Source: Malacoraja senta | Lineage: Eukaryota | Assembly (NCBI GenBank): GCA_038087875.1 | Contig: CM075989.1 | Coordinates: forward strand, 7,690,001 to 7,750,000 | Length of the DNA: 60,000 nt | Direction: 5' to 3' | Shown here: positions 51,955 to 60,000 of the stretch, piece by piece | Layout: each line of letters begins with the position of its first letter | Numbering within the stretch: the stretch's first letter is position 1 | Position numbers and translations under genes: made by a program | Notes under the pieces: generated by a model | What the model was told of the DNA's origin: nothing | The model's input: the letters and a program-made list of their open reading frames with translations, nothing else | The model's database searches: none

Positions 51955-52596
51955 CCCTCCCTCAGCCCTGGCTCTCCAACACCCGCGGCCCATGCCGTTG
52001 ATATGAGTTTTGAAATTCTCGTTGATCACAGAATTTCTCACGACAGAGCGTGAGAAATTTGTGATCAGCGTGAGACCGTGAGAATTTGGCCAAATGCATG
52101 ATTCTCACGCTCAATGCATGAGAGTTGGCAGCCCTGGTTGCTCTCTGTGTGGAGTATGCTCGTTCTCCCTGTGACCGCGTGTGTTTACTCCGGGTGCTCG
52201 ATTCCTCCCACATTCCAAAGACGTATGGATTTATAGGTCAATTGACTTTTGTAAATTCCCCTAGTGTTAAGATGTGAAAGTGGGATAACATAGAACTAGT
52301 GTACGGGTGATCAATGGTTGATATGGACTCGGTGTGGCCAAAGCGTCTGTTTCTATGTATAGGAAGAAACTGGTTTACACCAAAAATAGACACAATATGC
52401 TGTAGTAACTCAGCGGGACAAGCAGCATCTCTAGAGTGAAGGAATGGGTGATGTTTTAGGTCGAGACCCTACTTCAGATTGGGCCGTGTTTCTATGCTGT
52501 ATTTCTAAAATAAATATTGGCTGATTTGGAAAGTTGCCATTGCAGTCCCTCCTCCAGGTCATTAATGTACTTCCTGTCTATAACCCAAACACTTTA

Positions 52597-52885
52597 GGGC
52601 GGCACGGTGGAACAGCGGTAGAATTGCTGCCTTACAGCACCAGAGACCCGGGTTCGACCCTGACTATGGGTGCTGTCTGTACGGAGTTTGTATGTTCTTC
52701 CTTTGACCATGTGGACTTTCTCTGGGTGCTACGGTTTCCTCCCACACTCCAAAGATATACAGGTTTGTAGGTTGATTGGCTTCAGTAAAGAATGTAAATT
52801 GTCTCTAGTGTGTGTAGGATAGGATGATTGCAGGCTTGGTGGGCCAAAGGGCCTGATTCCACGCTGTATCTCTAAACTAAACTAA
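52597..52885 (+). mobile_element. tRNA-derived SINE (HE1/V-SINE-like)
   Basis: Full head, body and (taaac)n tail. Confidence 0.85.
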
Positions 52886-55800
52886 TGTAAATTAATTTCT
52901 CGGGAACGGAGTCCTGTCATAACCTGGACGGGAAGGCCTGTACATTAATGACATGGAGGAGGTAATTCATGGACATTCAGCTGCGAACAGAGTCCCCCAC
53001 CTGGCAGGAGATGCCTCTGCCCTGCGGAGAGTCAACAGATCCATCCCACCCACCCATCCCCCAAACATTTGCCCACTATCCTCTATGTTTTCTATTTGAC
53101 ATCCTGTTTTCAATCCATACTGACACACTTCCTCCAATTCTTGGGGCACTTAATTTATGCACCAACCTCACATGTAGCCCCTTGTCAAGTGCCTTTTGAA
53201 ATCTAAATATACTACATCTACAGGTTCCATCTTAAAACTCTCCCAGTTACATCCTCAATGAATTCAACCAAATGTGTGAAATATGATTTGCCTTTCATGA
53301 AACCATTGTTTGATTGTAGACTTGCAGAATCATATACAACATAGAAACAGGCCCACCATGTCAATGCCAACCATCACGCCTATCTATACTAATCCCACAC
53401 GCTAATGGGCCTGTTCTTGTGCTGACCTGTTCCATCGTTATATTTGCTTATTCCGTATCATTTTGTTTCCTGCTCATTCAAGCTCCTGCCCAGATGTCTT
53501 AAATGTTTTTTTTTTATCATTCCTGCCTCCGCCATCTCCTCTGGCAGTTCATTCCAAATACCAACTATTGTTTGTGTGAAACATTCACTTTAAACCTCCT
53601 CCCTCTCACGTAAACCTCTCCCCTTTTATCTTTGACCTCCCAATGTAACACTTGTCCGAATTCAACTCCATCTGCCCAAATTTCCAACTGGTCTATATCC
53701 TGCTAAATCCTTTGACAACCTTCTTGACCACCCATAACTCCACCAATTCTTGTGTCGTCTGCAATTTGTTAATCAGCTCAACTACGTTTTTGTTCAAATC
53801 ATTTACTTGTGCAACAAAGTACATTACCTGCATGGAGAGCGACTGCAGAGAGAGTGAAGTTCAGAGAGATCGAGGTGCTCCAGAGAATTATAACGTTAGC
53901 AAGCAGCTCCAACAAATAGTTAAGAAGAAACACTGTGTGATGTCCTTTATTATGCAGGGTCAGAGTTTAAGAACAGGGAGCTTTGTTTCCAGTTGTCCAG
54001 CGTGTTCGTGAGACCTCACCTGGAATACCCTGCACAGATTTGGTCCCTCTACCTAGAAAATGAAATAGCGACATTGGAGGGAGGAGGTTCCTGCATTCCT
54101 GGATGAGAGGTTTGTCCTATCTAGAATGGGTGGATGGTTTGGGTCTGGATTCCTTGGAGTTTTGAAGAACGAGAGCTGACCTTATTCGAACATAAATATT
54201 CTTAGCTTAGGGATTTGACAGGGTAGATGTTGAAATGTTTGCACTAGTGGGAGAGACCTGAGCAAGGAGACATTATTACAGGTTTGGAGTCTGTCATGCC
54301 TTTTAACACTGAGGTGCATAGAATAGCTGGATGAGGGGTGGGGGTGGAGATTAGTGAAAGGCCTAGATAGAGTGGTTGCTCATGTTTCCAGCAGTGGGAG
54401 AGTGTAGGACCAGAGGGCAGAACCTCAGAATAAAAGGACACACCTTTAGAATAGAGATGAGGATGAATTTCTTCAGCCAGAGGAGATGAATCTGTCGCAT
54501 TCATTGCTATGGATATCTGTGGAGGCCAAGTCATTGGACATTTCTAAATCGTTGATTGATAGATTCTTACTTAGTATGGGTGTCAAAGGGTACGGGGAGA
54601 AGGCAGGAGAATGGGGTCGATAGGAAAAAATAGATCAGCCACGATCGAATGGCGGAGCAGATTCGATGGACCGAATTGCCTAATTCTGCTCCTATGAATG
54701 ATCTTATGATATATTTAAGGTTGAGGAAGATAAATATTTGAGGAATGGAGGATCATGGGGAATTAGCACAGAAGAGGAGATGATGTCAGGGTGGATCAGA
54801 TGTGATCATATTGAAGAGCAGGGCAGACTTGAGGGGCCGAGTGGTCTATTCCCATTATAGACAATAGACAATAGGTGCAGGAGTAGGCCATTCGGCCCTT
54901 CGAGCCAGCACCGCCATTCAATGTGATCATGGCTGATCCTCGACAATCAGTACCCCGTTCCTGGCTTCTCCCCATATCCCCTGAATCCGTTATCTTTAAG
55001 AGCCCTCACTTGTCTTTCTGTGGAATCCTCGCTACGGTTCGAGAGTGGGGTTTGTAGTCAGTGAACGCGTCGAGGGAGGGTGGAGAGAGAGAGCAAGAGG
55101 ATGAACTGCAGGAGGCAGCTCCAACAGAGGGCAGGCCCAGACACAATAGGTCGAATGGCCTCATCCCCTGCTGTAGAACGCCCTGTACCTATAAACGGTT
55201 GGCATGCAGAACTCTGTCCAGCCTCAGAGCTGCAACACTGCTTCACGTGTCACTGCAGCCACAGCTGCAGAAGGCGGGCGGAGGCCCCACTGCAGCACTC
55301 CCTCCGCTGCATTTCCTGCAACCTTGCAGAGGGCAGGGCCTTGTGCTGACAGGCCCAGTCCTCACTCTGCCATGTCACTTTGTGCCACCACAGAGCCACC
55401 ATCGCGGGCCAGCGCCCAGCGCCCAGGGCCTAACACAGAGCATAGCCAGAGCACAGTTTGTGGACACGTCAACAGCCCCCTCAGCTCCCTGCAAGCAGCT
55501 GCCAGAGGAAGCTATAGATGTCGATACACTCACCATGTTTAACAGACATTTGGACAGATATACGGATAGGAAGGTTTTTGAAGGGTACGATACAATACGA
55601 TAGAACTTTATTTATCCCAGGAGGGAAATTGATCTGTCAACACAAGATTCATGAAATTCAAATGACGAGTGGAAAGGATTGGGGATGTGCAAAGATTGGG
55701 GAGAGGGATGGGGGGGGGCAGGGGTGGGGGGGGGGGGGCAGTCTACCCCATGACAGAAGGGGGAGGAGTTGTAAAGTTATACGGGCCAAATGTAGGCAAA

Positions 55801-57494
55801 TGGGACCAGTACAGTTATGCCATCTTGATTGGCATGGATACGATGGGCCGAATTTGCAAGCTGCACAGCTCTTTGACTGGGCTGCGGAGTGTACTTTTGT
55901 CTCAAGAAAAGACAAAGTGCTGGAATAACTCAGCAGGCCTGGCAGCATCTCTGGAGAACATGTATAGATGATGTTTTGGGTCAGGACCCTTCATTGCACT
56001 GCTTATAGGGGGGGGGGGGTAGGGGGTGGGAACGATAGATGAAAGAGAGACTCGAAACAAAAGGAACCAAAATGTCACCTATCCATGTTCTCTAGAGATG
56101 CTGTCTGACCCGCTGAGTTACTCCAGCACTTTGTGCCTTATTTTGTAAACCAGGTTCTGCAGTTTCTTGTGCCTTCATCTTGCTTTTGTCTCAGTGCTTA
56201 TGTCCAGCAGGGGGCACCGAGGAGTCATCGACAACGCCGCATATCCTGGGACAAGCTTCACATCCAGGAGATGGGATCATTTACTCCCCAAAACACAACA
56301 GCAACCCAATCCCAACATCGTGCATGTTCTGAAGTCTGTAGAAAGGTTCCAACCCGAAGCGCCACCCATCCTTTTTCTCCAGAGATGCTGCCTGGCCTGC
56401 TGAGATACTCCAGCCCTTTCTTATGTCAAGCTGTTCAGCAAGGTGATGTATCTTCAAACACAAATACCAGTCTGCAGTGAAAGAGTATTTGAAATGAATA
56501 ATTATGGCAAAAATATTGCATAATAAATTGGAATAGTTTCAAGACTTATCATTGTAAACTCCTCTGAGGATTCTATAGAAGGAACACTCCAGAGCCAGCT
56601 ATAGAAGCAGTTACAATCACCACGTTTAAAAGACATTGGGCAGATATATGAGTAGGAAGAGTTTATCAGGATATGGGCCATCTGTAGGCAAATGGGACAA
56701 CCCAGTATGCCAACGGTTGCCATGGATATGGTAGGGTGAAGGGTCTGTTTATTGTTATCTCAGTTTGTGAAGGTGTTTCCCACCGATAGTCCTCCAAAAT
56801 ATAACAGGTCTCAAGACATGGAAGAGGTTTGAGTATTTGCACTGCCGTTGCTCGCCTGCTGGAGTTTTTGTGCTCAGTTGCCCTCAGCTGTTTTCATCCG
56901 GTCCATTTGCGCGATGCTTTGGAACATTTAATAACATCACACACATGTGATATAAATATATATTGTTTTGCCCGACTTGCCTCCCAAATATTCCCAGTGC
57001 AAGAAAAAGAACGAATAATAATTGTACCTCCAATCACACCACGATTCAGATTTACGTTCCCAAAACCACAGCAGCTGAAAGCTGTGACCAACAATATTCG
57101 TCACAGGAAAACCAGCCAAATCTTTCTGTGGTTAAATGAAATTTGTTGCAGCAACACATAACCCTCAGTGCAAGCTCAGATCATTATTAATCCCCTTATT
57201 TATAAAGTCAATGAGAGGTGAATTGCTGGACTGATCCACACTCTGGGCTCTTTTGGATTACAGGCACTCCCTGATTTATGTAACAGGGGACGGACGTAAA
57301 CTTCCACTTACGTAAACAATTCATAAAAGGTGGACACAAAATGCAGGAGTAACTCAGCGGGACAGGCAGCATGTCTGGAGAGAAGGAATGGGTGACGTTT
57401 CGGGTCGGGACCCTTATACAGAGTAGGTGGTCTGAGTGACCTGTGTTCTTGCAGGGGGAGGATGGAGAGGGCTTCCCGTTCACCTCCTCACAGA

Positions 57495-57501
57495 TATAAA
57501 A
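57495..57501 (+). promoter_or_regulatory. Candidate TATA box upstream of the H1-like pseudogene
   Basis: TATAAAA in GC-rich context, 84 nt before the ATG at 57579. Confidence 0.4.
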
Positions 57502-57624
57502 GCGCCACCTCCCCGCGGGCTCACTGATCTTCCAGTTTCTGCCACTGTCGGTGTGACACAGGGAAGGCGAGTGAGAACATGGGAGGCGGTGGAGAGCAAT
57601 TCCCGGCCGAGTTGCCGACATTTT

Positions 57625-57830
57625 CCACAGGGTGCACCAGCGAGCCCCTCTTCACCAGCTGCCGTCTGGTTGATGCGGCTGTTGTTGTGGCTCATGTCGT
57701 GGCCTCTGGCCCGCAGTGTTTCTTCGGGGCCGCTCTCGGTCACCACGGCTCACCAGCTGCTGCTTCTTTCTGACGACCGTCTCTTTGTCCGCTCCACCCT
57801 CCACAGACCCTTCTTCCTCCTTCTCTGGGG
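57625..57830 (-). pseudogene. Histone H1-like fragment, inverted copy
   Basis: Minus strand: ...LRARGHDMSHNNSRINQT(fs)LVKRGSLVH, matching the H1 globular domain [26 protein letters not shown]. Confidence 0.7.
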
Positions 57831-57831
57831 T

Positions 57832-58123
57832 TTCTGAGGGGGAAGGAGGAGGAGGCAGTAGCAAAGATAGGGCAGTAGTGGTAGATGGGGGAAGTGACCG
57901 AGTGGACAAAGCGACTGCCGATAGGAAGAAGTGTGAGGTGGACGGTGAGGGGTGAGGGAGCTCCACCGTGACTGAGTGAGTCCTGTTGGTGGTGGCGGCC
58001 TGAAAAATGTGCTGTCGGCCAGGGGACTACAACGTGAGCCACAACAACAGCTGTGTCAACTGGACGGTACGGAAGCTGGTGAAGAAGTGTTCGCTGGTAC
58101 AGACCGTGGTCATCGGCGCCTAG
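57832..58123 (+). pseudogene. Histone H1-like pseudogene (linker histone globular domain)
   Basis: STVTE*VLLVVAA/LKNVLSARG(fs)YNVSHNNSCVNWTVRKLVKKCSLVQTVVIGA*, with stops, a frameshift and an internal deletion. Confidence 0.72.
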
Positions 58124-58873
58124 TTTTATGGTGAAACCACTTGTGACAAAGTGCTGGAATAACTCGGCAGCTCAGACAACATCTCTGGGGATCATGGATA
58201 GGTGACATTTCAGGCCTGGACCCTTCTTCAGACTGAGCCTGCTACATATAGGTCATTAATGTTTCGGGGATGTTCATTGTAACATTCACCAAGGATATTT
58301 CAATACTAAACACGAATGTGGGCACCGACTCGATGGCCTCCACCAGTCCACGATTCACCATCAGGGAGTCTTGTCGTGCAGCTCGCTCATTGCCTCAATA
58401 TAGTGAACATACGGATGAAGTGGAAAGTAAATTGCCAGTTCACTAGTTTATTAAAGTTGGTTGAAGTACATAGCTTTAAAGTGAGAGGGGCAAGGTTTAA
58501 GTGATGTGCAGGACAAGATTTTTACAGAGAGAGTATGGTGGGTGCCTGTAACATGCAGCCAGGGGTGATGACAGACATGAAAGTAGCGTTTAAGAGGCAT
58601 GAACATGCAGGGAATAGAGCGATATGGACCATCGCACCATGCAGATGGGTGGGGTTAGTCTAATTTGGCATCATGGTCGGCAGACATTGTGGGCCGAAGG
58701 GCCTGTTCCTGTGCTGTTCCGTGATAAATGTGAACCAGGACATCAGACAACTCTTTGCATAACGTGTTTTTAGAACCTCTTCATACAAGCCCAGATTGAC
58801 GCCTGGTCTAAGCTTTGATCTCCCCAATCAGGCCTCGCTGGATGTAAGGATGCCACAGGCAGGCAAAACCCTG

Positions 58874-59143
58874 GTTTAGTTTAGTTTAGAGATACAGCGC
58901 AGAAACAGGCCCTTCGGGTCCACCATACACTAGCACTATCCTTCCTACACACTAGGGACAATTTTTATTGAAGCCAATTAACCTACAAAATTTTACGTCT
59001 TTGAAGTGTGGGAAGAAACTGGAGCACCCAGAGAAAACCCATGTGGTCACGGGGAGAACGTACAAACTCTGTACAGACAGCACCCGTAGTCGGGATCAAA
59101 CTCGGGTCTTTGGCGCTGTAAGGCAGCAACTTTAACGCTGCGC
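58874..59143 (-). mobile_element. tRNA-derived SINE (HE1/V-SINE-like)
   Basis: Reverse-complement SINE with (gttta)n tail. Confidence 0.8.
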
Positions 59144-60000
59144 ACATGGTTCTTCACCAATATCTCTGCAAAGCCTGAGAAAATAATGAGAATATCGACT
59201 GAATCTTTCTGCTGAAATGCTGGGAGTGAAACACAACACTGTAATTGTAATCCTGTGGCAGCTGCTCGCAGCGTGTGGTATGTGACAGGATCGATGCAGA
59301 ATTCACATCACAGCTGTGTGTGCAACGTGACACCACGGCAGTGAGACTAATCCCGACGCTGTCAATTTCAGCACTTCAAGTCGAGCTATCTTGCACAGTC
59401 CCAATAAAATTCACCCTCCCAATGGTATGTGGCCGTCTCATTACCCAATGATATCGTTCGTGTTGTATCCAAAAACACACAAGTGCTGGAGTAACTCAGT
59501 GGGCCAGGCAGCATCTCAGGTCACAGATAGATGACATTTCGTGTTGGGACCCTTCTTCCGACTGATTGTAGAAGGTAGAGATGAAACAAGGTTAGAGATT
59601 TGTCCACCCATCAGCCCCCTCCCATCATCTGCATCCACCTATCACTCGTCAGACTTTGCCACGTCCCCAGCTCTCCTCTCTACTACAATCACTCGGAAGA
59701 AGGGCCCTCACCCGAACCGTCGCCTATGCGAGCCCTCTTGATCCGCTGATACTCCAGCGTTTTTGTGGGTTTTGTAAACTAGCATTTGCAGTTCTTTGCT
59801 TCTTTATTCATTTCTGTGTTCCATGATACCCATGTTGTTATCTTCATATTAAAATAGGAAAGTGTTTCGCAAAATGACATCTGTAGATATAATCAAAGAA
59901 AAACACTGCAGATGCTAAAAAACTGAAATATATGCAGTGCATGTTCTGGTTACTCAATCAGGATCTGTGGGATGGAAAATAGAATTAATGTTAAGGGTCA

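Larger units (their letters stand above)
49269..52136. mobile_element. Composite non-autonomous hAT-like DNA transposon carrying a captured host exon
   Basis: TIRs caggactgccaac and gttggcagccctg (12/13 match); subterminal gtgaga repeats; duplicated target gttgct(g/c); interrupts a SINE. Confidence 0.8.

Noticed and set aside
1..60000. CRISPR array or prokaryotic defence system
   Set aside because: There is no regularly spaced repeat-spacer array; the RT and nuclease ORFs belong to eukaryotic retrotransposon clades.

Overview
Vertebrate genomic DNA, very probably from a cartilaginous fish (skate/ray/shark). This is inferred from the repeat content: tRNA-headed HE1/V-SINE-type SINEs, CR1, Rex1/Babar, L2 and L1 LINEs, Penelope-like elements, and Harbinger and hAT MITEs. 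The one clear host gene is an NAD kinase (NADK) on the minus strand. Coding exon 1 lies in a CpG island at 38730-38875 and an 84-nt exon lies at 13598-13681; I could not find the later exons in the window. Most long ORFs are retrotransposon remnants. The most notable observations are: (1) a ~2.9-kb non-autonomous hAT-like element (49269-52136) that splits a SINE and carries a captured, frameshifted TDP2-like exon 1 with its splice donor (Pack-type gene capture); (2) many short Penelope-derived insertions carrying a minimal hammerhead-ribozyme motif, often with TSDs and often as fold-back dimers, alongside a Penelope RT/GIY-YIG copy; (3) a fold-back pair of histone H1-like pseudogenes at 57.5-58.1 kb; (4) a highly similar inverted CR1 pair and a candidate recursive splice site around the NADK 84-nt exon. 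No prokaryotic-type systems such as CRISPR arrays or operons are present. All family and gene assignments come from motif recognition, not database searches.
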